Of a DNA stretch of 39,430 nucleotides, positions 9,759-19,631 are shown one piece after another (position 1 is the first letter of the stretch; every line of letters begins with the position of its first letter). The notes beneath the pieces are model-generated. The model was not told the origin of the DNA. It made no database searches and saw nothing but the letters and a program-made list of their open reading frames with translations. Where the stretch lies: assembly GCA_038249635.1 (NCBI GenBank), contig JBBSDG010000002.1, positions 1 to 39,430 of the forward strand. The letters run 5' to 3'. Source of the DNA: Bacteroidales bacterium. GTDB taxonomy: Bacteria > Bacteroidota > Bacteroidia > Bacteroidales > UBA4417. The translations under genes and the position numbers were made by a program.

Positions 9759-10283
9759 TTAAAAATCAACCAAATTCATATCCACATCAATTAAATTTCT
9801 TGATTCAGTAACATAAAACGAAGCTGGTTTTCCTTCATCCTTTCCAACGGCTTCACCATGAGTAACATCTTTGAGCATGGTAAAGAAACTAACAACAGGG
9901 TTAGTCTGTTTTAACCTTAAATCAATAAAATCGCAATCACGAAGAGTTTTTGATTGAATCTTAACGTCAAGTTCTTCACGCATACATAAAGCTATATCCA
10001 AATACAATGGTTTTGTATTGACATCACCAATCACCAGAAAATTTTCATTCTCCGGATGAATACACAATTCGGTCAACTCTATTCTATTTGCCTTGACAAA
10101 CATGAGTTTATGAGGTGCACCATCATTACTTGAAAAGTAAATTGGATCAGTCATTGTTCGTCCTGGTTTCGCGTTACGGGCATGAGTGTCAAGGGAAATT
10201 CGAAGAGAAAGATTTCGCTTTTCCAAATCCGACATTACGGCTTTAGGTATTTCTAAAGGATGAAGAATAATATTTTGTTTCAT
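9759..10283 (-). CDS. 174-aa cytoplasmic protein of unknown function (possibly a cupin / ureidoglycolate-lyase-like fold)
   Basis: ATG start, no signal peptide and no transmembrane segment. It is tightly packed, ending 22 bp upstream of the esterase ATG. The only weak resemblance is 'ELTELCIHPENENFLVIG' to the ELERHP...Q.FIP segment of ureidoglycolate lyase-type cupins. I do not recognise the family. Confidence 0.5.
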   Translation of the reverse strand: MKQNIILHPLEIPKAVMSDLEKRNLSLRISLDTHARNAKPGRTMTDPIYFSSNDGAPHKLMFVKANRIELTELCIHPENENFLVIGDVNTKPLYLDIALCMREELDVKIQSKTLRDCDFIDLRLKQTNPVVSFFTMLKDVTHGEAVGKDEGKPASFYVTESRNLIDVDMNLVDF

Positions 10284-10475
10284 TTAAGCTGATAATTTTC
10301 AGTGTGTGATTCGTATTGGCAACAATCGTTAATTTAGTTCGTATGTTTCCCTAACAACCGATAAAAACAGAGAACTCAAAATGGCCAGTGCAATTCCAAT
10401 TAATTCTAAATATGCCAACTTTGTGCAAAAGGCTCAAAAATCATCATATTTATTTACCACTTATAGGAACAGCTT

Positions 10476-12098
10476 TTATTTTCCCTGAATAAAATAAGCC
10501 AGCCGATCGAGTGGAACATCAATTGTTACTGTTGCTCCGCCCTTGTATTTTTTACCTGTCTCATCAACCCAATTCCCTTTAGGCAGTTTTACAACTCTTG
10601 TTTTCCCTTTAAGTACCATCGGAGCCACAAGGTATTTATCCCCGAGCATATATTGGTCGTCGCACGACTCAAATCCTTGCTGCGGAAAAGCATATTCCAT
10701 ATGGCGAACAATGGGTTCGCCATTTTTAGCGGCTGCCTGTGCCAGTTCAAATATGTAATCGCCCATTTTGGCATGAAGCAAAGCTGCTTCGCGGCAAATA
10801 TTCAAATGCTTTTCATCAAGCACCCGCCATGGCGCTACCGAAAATTGCATCATTGGCATTAAAGCCTGTGTTTGTGCCGAACGTATCATCAGTTCCTGAT
10901 CGAATTTACTGTAATCGATATTTTCAAAATTCATCCGCAAGCCACCGCCAATCATATCAGGACAAGTAAACGGATGGCCAATCAAACCGGCTGAAACCAT
11001 ATCGGGAACAAGTAGCTTTAATTCATCCCAGGAGTAACCTTTGTCCTGCAAGCGTTGTGCAACAGGCTGATTGCCGCTTTTCCACGAGGCTCTGAATTCA
11101 TTAAAATCAAACTCTGCACCCAACCTTGTGTATAATTCTGATTGCAGGTATCCCTGAGTATTTGACTCTTCATTTGGAAAATTAGGAGAGCCTTTTATGT
11201 AAAAATCGAAGTCAGCAGCATCGAATTTAAAGCCATCAATGCCATACTGTGTTTGCAGGTTTTTCAATTTTGCTCTTAACCAGTTTATTGCAGCCGGTTT
11301 GCTTAAATCCAGACAGGCACTGTAACCATTCCACCATTTGATGATGGCCGGAGATTTGCTGTCTTTCTTCAATACCAAGGCTTTCATCCCATCCAATTCT
11401 TTGTATTCCCTGCCATCGGGGCTAATAAATGGTGCTAGCCAAAGCATCACTTTAAATCCCTTTGCATGAAGCGTTTCCATCATTCCTTTGGGGTCGGGAA
11501 AAGCAGTTGGATCAAATTCAAAATTGCCATAATCTTTTGCCCAGCCGTCGTCAATCATAAATACACCGGCAGGGAATCCATTCTTCAATGCATCATTGGC
11601 ATACTTCAAAACATCTTTTTGATTTTGACTGGTACCCAGTTCAATCCATGTATTGTATTGTGGTATCTTGAACATCAGCGGATTGGGCGTTTTTCCCGAA
11701 GCCGGAAAGTGCTTGTACATTGCTCCCAGATAAGCATCACGCAAAGTTTGTCCGGCGGTTACTACTTCAATCTTTTCAAATTCTGAATATAGTACTACGT
11801 CCCCAGCTTTCAATTCGAAGGCAAAAGGTTCGTTGCTCCAGATGTAGCGACCTTGATTTGAAATCAGAAGAGGGGCAGCCTGGTTTCCATTGTTATCCAT
11901 GCTTAAATCCTTTTTGGCCGTGTTGGAAGGGTAAGGCTGAAAATGGATTTGGTCGAAAGGAGTATTGCAATACGCTTTGGCAGTATATGCTCCGTACCAT
12001 TTTTCGCCAGGTAGAGAATTTATTATCGATTCAATTGCGTCAGCACGGAGATGAGTCCAACATAGTATTACAAAAAGCAAAATGGTTATCTTTTTCAT
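10476..12098 (-). CDS. Clan GH-D alpha-glycosidase, GH31-like, secreted
   Basis: 540 aa with a signal peptide. 'GFPAGVFMIDDGWAKDYGNFEFDPTAFPDPKGMMETLHAKGFKVMLWLAPF' and 'GIDGFKFDAADF' fit the catalytic (beta/alpha)8 core pattern of GH31-type (clan GH-D) enzymes. Confidence 0.7.
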   Translation of the reverse strand: MKKITILLFVILCWTHLRADAIESIINSLPGEKWYGAYTAKAYCNTPFDQIHFQPYPSNTAKKDLSMDNNGNQAAPLLISNQGRYIWSNEPFAFELKAGDVVLYSEFEKIEVVTAGQTLRDAYLGAMYKHFPASGKTPNPLMFKIPQYNTWIELGTSQNQKDVLKYANDALKNGFPAGVFMIDDGWAKDYGNFEFDPTAFPDPKGMMETLHAKGFKVMLWLAPFISPDGREYKELDGMKALVLKKDSKSPAIIKWWNGYSACLDLSKPAAINWLRAKLKNLQTQYGIDGFKFDAADFDFYIKGSPNFPNEESNTQGYLQSELYTRLGAEFDFNEFRASWKSGNQPVAQRLQDKGYSWDELKLLVPDMVSAGLIGHPFTCPDMIGGGLRMNFENIDYSKFDQELMIRSAQTQALMPMMQFSVAPWRVLDEKHLNICREAALLHAKMGDYIFELAQAAAKNGEPIVRHMEYAFPQQGFESCDDQYMLGDKYLVAPMVLKGKTRVVKLPKGNWVDETGKKYKGGATVTIDVPLDRLAYFIQGK

Positions 12099-12164
12099 AT
12101 TTTTAGTATTTGTCGGGTTAGAAATTCAGAATTAATTTCCCCGATTCAAGCCGTACACCATTAT

Positions 12165-12776
12165 TTACTTGTTTTCGAGTGTAATATAATCCGGTTGGAT
12201 AATGGCTATTCCGCCACCACCACATTCGTAGACCTGGCAATTTTTAATAGCTATGTGGTGGATCCGAACGTTGGGTGATCTTCCATCAATATAAATCCCA
12301 TTGCCATTAAATTTTAAGCCGTACGAACCGGAAGGTGTGTTGCAGCTTTTAGGATGTACAAGCGCCAGCTCAAGCGTAACATTGGTGTTGTTCCCCCTAA
12401 CCGCAAATCCGTTTACTTCAACATAGGAACCCTTGATATAGATACCATGCCATGTATTAAAGGAAACTACCGGAGAATGCCCGGGATAGTTCATCCATAC
12501 TATCCAGTCGTTTGCTGTTCCGGAGTGGGTTTCAGTCAATGCAGGGTTTCCTGCTGAATTGGTATAAGTTCCGTTCATTACAAAAACTGTATCTCCGGCA
12601 GCAGTTTTTCCTGCCGTCACACACAAGGCCATAAATGAATTTGTCGCAGTTAGCCCGCTGTTCGTATTACTTCCGTTTACTGCATCAACAAAATAAGTAG
12701 TTGCATCAGCGTTATATATAAACGCTAAAAGAAAAAGGAAAAATGAAATACCCGATTTAAGGACTGACTTTTTCAT
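12165..12776 (-). CDS. Right-handed parallel beta-helix (pectate-lyase-fold) protein, apparently truncated at 203 aa
   Basis: Signal peptide, then 'TTYFVDAVNGSNTNSGL...AAGDTVFVMNGTYTN' (the typical N-terminus of DUF1565/pectate-lyase-fold proteins) and about three beta-helix turns ('IHHIAIKNCQVYECGGGGIAII'). The ORF stops where homologues normally continue for more than 200 aa. Only 66 bp remain before the next gene. Confidence 0.55.
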   Translation of the reverse strand: MKKSVLKSGISFFLFLLAFIYNADATTYFVDAVNGSNTNSGLTATNSFMALCVTAGKTAAGDTVFVMNGTYTNSAGNPALTETHSGTANDWIVWMNYPGHSPVVSFNTWHGIYIKGSYVEVNGFAVRGNNTNVTLELALVHPKSCNTPSGSYGLKFNGNGIYIDGRSPNVRIHHIAIKNCQVYECGGGGIAIIQPDYITLENK

Positions 12777-12812
12777 GATACAATTCCGGTAATTCTATTT
12801 TGTCATTGAAAC

Positions 12813-14294
12813 TTATTTCCCATTTTTGATCAGCATCGATTTTTCAGCTAATAAAACCGGCGAATCATAAAGAGGTACATTGAAGGTGTAGCTATTTTCG
12901 GCCTTACTCCATTGGTCTTTAGGTATTTCATAAATACTGCCGGTCATCAGATCAACCCAAACCGGAGTTTTGAAGTTGCCGTTTTCAATAGTAATACTCA
13001 CATCTGTGGTTTTGAACGAATTGCCTGCTTTTTGCCCATCAAGCCATAGCACCAGCAACTGGTTATTGCTTGCTTTTTGCTGATAGCCATATACCGACAT
13101 GGATTCTTTTGCCGATGTAGTAAATTTAAAATCAGGATTAAGCACTAAGTTGTTATCGAATACAGAAGCCAGATTTTGAACCGCATAATACGCCACTTTC
13201 GGACGGATAGCAGCCATGGTTGGATCTGACTGAATCAACCCTTTGGTGTTCAGCACAGGTTTATAATAAATATCGATAATCGTAAAAACCGAAGTTTCGA
13301 TATCGTGACCCAAATCTCCAAGCAAACGGCGCATATCGTATTTGGCCTGTGTGTATTCGGTCCAATAAATTTCGGACAAAGCAAAACTTGGAATGTAAGT
13401 AGATGGTGCACCGTTTTCACCCTGTCGCATAAGCAGCGTTTTCGAATATTTTTCAATTACTTTTTTTAATCCCAGTACACTCTTATCTGTGTAAGCATCT
13501 TCAGGTCTTAAGGTATAGCAGTGGTATGAAATCCAATGAAACAGGCCGAGTTTTCCGGCATCGGCAATCACTTTCAAAAAACGGTCGAGGTATTCCTGGT
13601 CGCTGTTGGATGTAAATGCCAAACCGGCAATTTGGGCTTCCGGCTGTATCCTTTTAATGATAACAGCGGTGCGGATATTGAGTTCGGCAGTGGTTTCGGG
13701 CGAAATTTTCTGCATCGGATGGTCAGGTTCGTTCCAGATTTCCCATTCTTTTACACGACCCTTATAACGGGTAACCAATGCTGCAACCCATCTGTCCCAG
13801 GCAGCATACCCTTCTTCTGAAGTCATCAGGCTGTTTAAAAGACCAGTGTCGCCTCCTCCGGGATAGGCAGGATTCCCATACGATGCTTGAACCCAGGGCT
13901 CCAGTCCATTGGCTAAGGCATAATCAATGATCTCGTCAAGCCATTTCCAGTCGTAAACTCCAGGAACTTTTTCGCATCTGGCCCAACCGGCCTGTAGCCT
14001 GATTTTTTTAACACCCAGCGGTACCAGATAGGATTTATAATTATCCCAAACAGCTAAATCCCGGTCGAGGGTTTCGCAACCCACGGCGATTCGCGAAGAT
14101 GCTATTTCCTTGGTGCTACGGGGCTTTATGCTTCCAATCCGCTTCATTTTAACTTCCAGCGGTGTTTTTACCCTGTCCATTGAAGTGTCGATGAATTGTG
14201 CGGAAAGCCGGGTTAAAAAGCAAACAAGTATTGCTACCAGAATTACCCCCGATTTGAAATTTTTCAAAGCTAAAAGATTTAATTTTTGGGTCAT
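12813..14294 (-). CDS. Clan GH-A TIM-barrel glycoside hydrolase (GH39-like, possibly GH5/GH30), secreted
   Basis: 493 aa with a signal peptide. 'IRLQAGWARCEK.PGVYDWKWLDEIIDYALANGLEPW' and 'VKEWEIWNEPD' (the acid/base NEP motif) are typical of clan GH-A. The family cannot be fixed by eye. Its ATG overlaps the upstream GH3 stop codon in an ATGA at 14291-14294. Confidence 0.6.
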   Translation of the reverse strand: MTQKLNLLALKNFKSGVILVAILVCFLTRLSAQFIDTSMDRVKTPLEVKMKRIGSIKPRSTKEIASSRIAVGCETLDRDLAVWDNYKSYLVPLGVKKIRLQAGWARCEKVPGVYDWKWLDEIIDYALANGLEPWVQASYGNPAYPGGGDTGLLNSLMTSEEGYAAWDRWVAALVTRYKGRVKEWEIWNEPDHPMQKISPETTAELNIRTAVIIKRIQPEAQIAGLAFTSNSDQEYLDRFLKVIADAGKLGLFHWISYHCYTLRPEDAYTDKSVLGLKKVIEKYSKTLLMRQGENGAPSTYIPSFALSEIYWTEYTQAKYDMRRLLGDLGHDIETSVFTIIDIYYKPVLNTKGLIQSDPTMAAIRPKVAYYAVQNLASVFDNNLVLNPDFKFTTSAKESMSVYGYQQKASNNQLLVLWLDGQKAGNSFKTTDVSITIENGNFKTPVWVDLMTGSIYEIPKDQWSKAENSYTFNVPLYDSPVLLAEKSMLIKNGK

Positions 14295-16924
14295 TTGGCA
14301 GAGATTGAAATTATTTTTTGTACTACATTATTTTCCGAAATCATCTCTTTTGAAGGCTGGCATCCACCAACTGAAATTCCTATTTTACCTTTTGCCATAA
14401 CGGATTTGCCTTCGCTGTCAATTTCGGAAAGCTCTTTTTCGGATAAGGTGAAAACTATGGATTTAGTTTCGCCTGCCTTTAAATGAATGCGCCGGAAGCC
14501 TTTCAATGCTCTTATCGGTGTTTTGAACAAAGCGTTTTGATGCGACACATAAAGCTGAACTACTTCGTCTCCATCCATTTTACCTGTATTTGTTACATTT
14601 ACTTTTACAGTAAGCTTATTCTCGGATCCGGTAACTTTAGAAACATCAAGTTTATCGTATTTAAATTTTGTATAGCTGAGTCCAAAACCAAACTCAAACA
14701 ATGGCTGGCCCTTGAAATAGCGGTATGTGCGGTTTTCCATACTGTAATCTTCGTAATCGGGAAGGTCGCTTACATTTTTGTAGAAAGTAACTGGCAAACG
14801 ACCTGCAGGATTATAGTCGCCAAACAGCATATCAGCAATTGCCGTTCCACCAGCCTGCCCGCCATACCAGGCCTGAACAATAGCCGGGATGTTGGCAGCC
14901 TCCCATTCAAAGCCAATGGCACTGCCCGACATATTCACAAAAACCACGGGTTTGCCTGTGGCTTTCAAGGCTTTCAACAGATCAGTCTGTATGGCTGGAA
15001 GTGCAATATTGGTGCGGTCGCCACCTTTAAAACCTTCAATCTCAACCGGCATATCTTCGCCTTCGAGTTTTGCAGAAATACCGCCTGCAAAGATGATCAC
15101 ATCAGCATCTTTAACCCGTGATGCAATTATTTGTGGGCTGACTTTCTCAAAGTAACCCATATCAAATTTTACTTCGGCATTATCGGAGAATTGTACATAT
15201 TCAATCACCAGCGTGTACGCTTTTCCCTTTTCCGCGTTAAAAGTGTAATAGTCGCTTTTACTATCGGTTTCAATCTTTTTTTCGCCGTCAATAAATAGCA
15301 TACAACGATCATCTCCCTTGATTTCGAAGGTTATTTCGCCTGAAGCTACGGGTGTAAAAACGGAAGACCATCGTATCGAGAAATCTCTGGCGATAAGATT
15401 ATCGGCAATTTGCTCGCCATCGCCCCATTGGTAATCAATCGTATTTTCGGATTGTACCAATGCTGGTGTGCCTTCAAATTTGGCGTTCCGGAAGTATTCA
15501 GCGCGAAAGCCTTCCTTTGCTTCCGTTTTAAAACAACTGTTCTGGTACTTTGAGTGAAAAACATTGTTATCGATCAGGTTTATTCCTTTTTCAAATTGCA
15601 CAGCCGTCCCAGGTCCCAGTTTTTGCCTTATCCCTTCCAGAACCGATGTAACTTCGGTTGGATAACCATAGTAATTGGCCAGCATAACCGCTTCATTATC
15701 AGCATTCGGGCCGACAACAGCAATTTTTTTCAGCGATTTGCTCAAGGGCAACAGTTTGTTTTCGTTTTTCAGCAAAACCATTGATTGCTGTGCCATTTTA
15801 AGTGCATGGGCTTTATGGACATCGCTCTCCAGAACAGAAACATCCGTTTTAGAATAAGGTACCATCTCGTCGGGATCGAACATTCCCAGGCGAAACCGTA
15901 TTGTAAATAGTCGTTTTAGCGAAATATCAATCTGCTTTTCAGTAATCAAACTATCGGCCAAAGCTTTATGAAGTGCCATATATGTTGGACTACCTGAGCA
16001 TTCGCAATCCGTTCCGTGCAAAACGGCATCAGATGCAGCAGCCTCCTTGGTTGGGTGGGTTTTGTGAGTTCTCCAGAAATGACCTATACCTCCGCAATCG
16101 GAAGTTACATAACCAATAAAGCCCCATTGATTTCGCAAAATATTCATCATCAGCTTATCGCTGCCGCAACAAGGCTGTCCATCGAACCTGTTGTATGCGC
16201 ACATTACACCGCTCACCTTTGCATCAGCTATCAAATCGCGAAAAGCGGGCAGGTAAGTGTCCCATAAATCATAATTGCTCACTACAGCATTGTATGTACT
16301 GCGGTTCCATTCGGGGCCGCTATGCACTGCGAAATGCTTGGCACAAGCGGATGCTTTCAGGTATTTGGGGTCGTTTCCCTGAAGACCGGTAACAAAGGCT
16401 TTACCAAGAGAACCAGTAAGAAAAGGATCTTCGCCATACGTTTCCTGTCCACGACCCCAGCGAGGATCGCGAAAAATATTGATATTAGGCGTCCAATAGG
16501 TGAGGCCTAAATAAATGCCTGTTTTCCCTTTTTTGCGTGAATCATTAAAAATAGCCCGGCCTTCTTCGGCACTGTAGTCAGCCATTTGCTGCAACGACTC
16601 AATATCCCAGGTAGCGGCCATGGCAATGGCTTGCGGATACGAAGTAACATGATAAGGACTGCGTGCGACTCCATGCAAGGTTTCATTCCACCAATTATAC
16701 GCAGGAATTCCGAGACGTTCGATGGCGGGTGCATTGTTCACCATTTGATTTATTTTTTCATCAATGGTTAACAGCGACACGATATTATCAACACGCTGCT
16801 CAACAGATAATGCCGGATTCTGAAATGAATACTTAAAATTGATTTCCTGAGAAAAGGCAAGCTTTGATCCAATGACCCACAAGACAATGCTCAAGCTCAA
16901 TATTAGTAATGGGTTTGTCTTCAT
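14291..16924 (-). CDS. Glycoside hydrolase family 3 with PA14 insertion (beta-xylosidase/beta-glucosidase-like), secreted
   Basis: 877 aa with a signal peptide. Motifs: 'LGIPAYNWWNETLHGV', 'AKHFAVHSGPE', 'VTSDCGG' (nucleophile motif), the PA14-like insert 'FRAEYFRNAKFEGTPALVQSENTIDYQWGDG...MLFIDGEK', and the Fn3-like 'VVQLYVSH...LKGFRRIHLKAGETKSI'. Confidence 0.85.
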   Translation of the reverse strand: MKTNPLLILSLSIVLWVIGSKLAFSQEINFKYSFQNPALSVEQRVDNIVSLLTIDEKINQMVNNAPAIERLGIPAYNWWNETLHGVARSPYHVTSYPQAIAMAATWDIESLQQMADYSAEEGRAIFNDSRKKGKTGIYLGLTYWTPNINIFRDPRWGRGQETYGEDPFLTGSLGKAFVTGLQGNDPKYLKASACAKHFAVHSGPEWNRSTYNAVVSNYDLWDTYLPAFRDLIADAKVSGVMCAYNRFDGQPCCGSDKLMMNILRNQWGFIGYVTSDCGGIGHFWRTHKTHPTKEAAASDAVLHGTDCECSGSPTYMALHKALADSLITEKQIDISLKRLFTIRFRLGMFDPDEMVPYSKTDVSVLESDVHKAHALKMAQQSMVLLKNENKLLPLSKSLKKIAVVGPNADNEAVMLANYYGYPTEVTSVLEGIRQKLGPGTAVQFEKGINLIDNNVFHSKYQNSCFKTEAKEGFRAEYFRNAKFEGTPALVQSENTIDYQWGDGEQIADNLIARDFSIRWSSVFTPVASGEITFEIKGDDRCMLFIDGEKKIETDSKSDYYTFNAEKGKAYTLVIEYVQFSDNAEVKFDMGYFEKVSPQIIASRVKDADVIIFAGGISAKLEGEDMPVEIEGFKGGDRTNIALPAIQTDLLKALKATGKPVVFVNMSGSAIGFEWEAANIPAIVQAWYGGQAGGTAIADMLFGDYNPAGRLPVTFYKNVSDLPDYEDYSMENRTYRYFKGQPLFEFGFGLSYTKFKYDKLDVSKVTGSENKLTVKVNVTNTGKMDGDEVVQLYVSHQNALFKTPIRALKGFRRIHLKAGETKSIVFTLSEKELSEIDSEGKSVMAKGKIGISVGGCQPSKEMISENNVVQKIISISAK

Positions 16925-16970
16925 TCTTTAGTTTTCTTAAAATGATTCCGGGGCCTAATGCTTCTTTGAA

Positions 16971-18416
16971 TTACAAAGCAAATTTCCACTGATTGTCACC
17001 CTTTTCACGAAGGTGAAAATGCAATGTTTGCTTGCTGCCGTCAGGTTTGGTAACCACTAGCTGGTACTTACCAAAAAATCCGCGGAAAGTTGCATGGCCA
17101 TTCTTGTCGGTTACCAGCTTTACGTTTTTAGTCATCCAGTCTTCTTTAACCAGTTTTAGAAGAGTCCTGTAAACGGGTTTAGGATTGTAATTTTTGTCTA
17201 ATAAACCACCGCCAGTCAGCCATATACTTTTATCCGACAAGCCCCACCATGTTATGGATACAACCGAAGGATGCCCAAAAGCAAGTGTGTAGAACTGTTC
17301 AGCAAATTCGGCCTGTGCTTCTTCGGTCCATTTGCCTGTCCGCCACCCGGTGATGTCTTTGCCCGACGATTGCGGAATAAATTCAGTAATATGAATTGGC
17401 AGGTTAAGGGATTTGAACAAGTTAAAAGTCTTATACATTTCGATAGGTGAAAACCACATCTCACGCGGTTCGTGTGCCTGAATACCAATACCGCTGACAG
17501 GGGTGCCACTCTTTTTCAATTCGGTGACCAATTCGTAAAAACGGTCGCGCACTTCGGGTATGGCCAGTGTAAAGTATTCGTTCAAAATGTAATTTGCGTC
17601 CGGATTGGCATCATAAGCCCATTTATATGCTTGCTCTACCCAAGGTAAAATCTGATCATTTCCAATTACCTTAACATTATATCGTAGATCGTTGTTATTT
17701 TGTTTATCATGCAGGGCAACTGTCCATGGCACAGTATTTACGGGTTCATTCACCACGTCCCATACATTTATTTTTCCTTTGTAACCGATTACATTGTTAT
17801 AAATACGCGCTTTTAGCATTTCGTTTGCTATTGGTTCCGAAAGGTTGAGTAGCCACGTTGGAGTTCCTGATGGACTTGTCCAGGCAAGTGGGTGGCCTTT
17901 GCAGGTAATTCCATTGTTTAGGCACCAATCCAATGCAGCCTGATTCTTTTGCCACTCAGGATTGCCCGGTGATTTTTCATATCCGTTCCAATAGAATGGG
18001 AACACCGCTAAATTGAAAAGTGCTTTGTATTTCTTCTTGAATTTCTCGACTTTAAAAGGTTTTTCAGGAGCAAAACCTGCAATATCGAAAACGTTGTTCC
18101 CAAACAGGAAATCCTGTGAAACCTGATTAATTTCAATTGAAATATTTTTAATAGCCTGGCCGTTTGCATCAATAAAAGTTAGCGAGATCTCGCCCTTTCG
18201 GTATTGCTCAATATTTTTTCGTGCCTTTTCGAGGTATTCCTTTTCAATAAGAACTTTTTCCGAAGAAAGCATTTCCTCCTTAGATTTAACTGTTGAGATG
18301 GAATCCAGTTCTTTGACTTTTTTTTCAGTTGGCTGCGCATGGATATAACTCAAACTAAAAAATAACAAATATGCCAGGACGACAGACTTATATATTGAGT
18401 TATTGTTTTTGACCAT
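16971..18416 (-). CDS. Glycoside hydrolase family 10-like (endo-xylanase-type), secreted
   Basis: 481 aa with a signal peptide. 'KGHPLAWTSPSGTPTW', 'VWDVVNEP' (GH10 acid/base motif), 'GIGIQAHEP' and 'PIHITEF' (nucleophile region) are present. Confidence 0.7.
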   Translation of the reverse strand: MVKNNNSIYKSVVLAYLLFFSLSYIHAQPTEKKVKELDSISTVKSKEEMLSSEKVLIEKEYLEKARKNIEQYRKGEISLTFIDANGQAIKNISIEINQVSQDFLFGNNVFDIAGFAPEKPFKVEKFKKKYKALFNLAVFPFYWNGYEKSPGNPEWQKNQAALDWCLNNGITCKGHPLAWTSPSGTPTWLLNLSEPIANEMLKARIYNNVIGYKGKINVWDVVNEPVNTVPWTVALHDKQNNNDLRYNVKVIGNDQILPWVEQAYKWAYDANPDANYILNEYFTLAIPEVRDRFYELVTELKKSGTPVSGIGIQAHEPREMWFSPIEMYKTFNLFKSLNLPIHITEFIPQSSGKDITGWRTGKWTEEAQAEFAEQFYTLAFGHPSVVSITWWGLSDKSIWLTGGGLLDKNYNPKPVYRTLLKLVKEDWMTKNVKLVTDKNGHATFRGFFGKYQLVVTKPDGSKQTLHFHLREKGDNQWKFAL

Positions 18417-18668
18417 GATTAAAAAGCCTGTGTTAAAATTCCGGTTAACGGTTTAAAAGAGATATTCTGATGCAGAAAGGAGATAAATTGTAAGGGGAGA
18501 TGATGAGAAAATCGAATTCCGAAATGTCTGACAACTTTGGTCATCCGAACTTCTATTTAATTAATGACAGTTGATAAGTGTTTATATACTCAGTTGGCCT
18601 CAGGAATTTTAAAAAAATAGTTATATATCAAACCTTAGTTCAATATCAGTCAAAGGAAGAGAAGGGTT

Positions 18669-19205
18669 TTACACCAAATCGCGCATACATATCATGCCAC
18701 GACTAATTGTATTACGAACTGATTGCACATTCATTTCCATTACCTGAGCAATAGTGTCAAAATCAAGATCATCAAAATAGCGCAGGTATATTGCCTCACG
18801 TTGTCGGGAAGTAAGTTTATTAAGAGCAGAGATTACATGATGACGATTTTCTTCAGTAACCTGGTCGTGAATAAGAAATTCCTCATGTGAATATATTACA
18901 AGCAGATTTTCATCCGTTTCATTGTTAATAGATATAGTTGGTTTTTGAATTGAGAGGCTGTTTATAAGGTGATTCCTGAGTGATCTGAAAAGATAAGCCT
19001 TCACGGATTGCACCGCAGGAAGGCTTTCCCGGTTTTTCCACAGTTTCAGGAACAAATCCTGGATACAATCTTTTACCATTTCCTTATTACCGGTCAGCTT
19101 CAACCCATACCTGAACAAATCATCGAGATGACTTAAAAAGATATCTGCCAGCGCTTGCTGGGTACCTTCCTTAAACTGTTGCCATCGGTATTGCTCGTTA
19201 ATCAT
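18669..19205 (-). CDS. ECF-type RNA polymerase sigma-70 family factor (no adjacent anti-sigma gene)
   Basis: 178 aa. Region 2: 'DLFRYGLKL...VKDCIQDLFLKLWKNRESL'. Region 4: 'LTSRQREAIYLRYFDDLDFDTIAQVMEMNVQSVRNTISRG'. It is flanked by unusually long gaps of 426 bp upstream and 252 bp downstream. Confidence 0.85.
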   Translation of the reverse strand: MINEQYRWQQFKEGTQQALADIFLSHLDDLFRYGLKLTGNKEMVKDCIQDLFLKLWKNRESLPAVQSVKAYLFRSLRNHLINSLSIQKPTISINNETDENLLVIYSHEEFLIHDQVTEENRHHVISALNKLTSRQREAIYLRYFDDLDFDTIAQVMEMNVQSVRNTISRGMICMRDLV

Positions 19206-19631
19206 GTCTGTTTGAAATTCAATGAGACTTTTTAATGTTAATCATTTTATATTTATGTAAGTAGAACGGTTAAATGAAAGTTAACATTGGTAATAGAATC
19301 TGGAATTTTGACCTATAACTTTTTTATAAAGATATAACTTATCTGCTTTAAACAAATTAACTTTTTGATTTCATTATTTCATTCAAAGCTACTGGCGTTG
19401 TTAAAGCCTGTTGAATTCGATAAAACAACTCACCTCTGTAGGTCTGTAGGTAGATAGCTTTCGATTGAATCGAAAAGAAAACTCATCCAAATAATAAGGC
19501 AGTTATTTTAATGATACATTACCTTGGTGAGAGCAATTTATCCAATGTCTTACAAGATATCAACTACATGTACATACGGTAATAATGCTTTACGAAGCTT
19601 ATGTAACCAGGCTCAGGAATTTTCATATGAA

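Noticed and set aside
14483-15121. A 212-aa plus-strand ORF. Many similar 60-165-aa ORFs behave the same way, for example 1328..1771, 1627..2055, 3154..3540, 3992..4360, 11466..12106, 19524..20021, 19771..20202, 21981..22379 and 37581..37889.
   Set aside because: All are embedded antisense or out of frame inside long ORFs that have strong family motifs. They have odd, low-complexity compositions and no recognisable motifs. Several start on non-ATG codons. I treat them as shadow ORFs.
19458-19476. The perfect 9-bp-arm palindrome downstream of eda, considered as an intrinsic terminator.
   Set aside because: No T tract follows it on the coding (minus) strand, and the loop is only 1 nt. It is more plausibly a protein-binding palindrome or chance. 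It is mentioned only as a possible operator.
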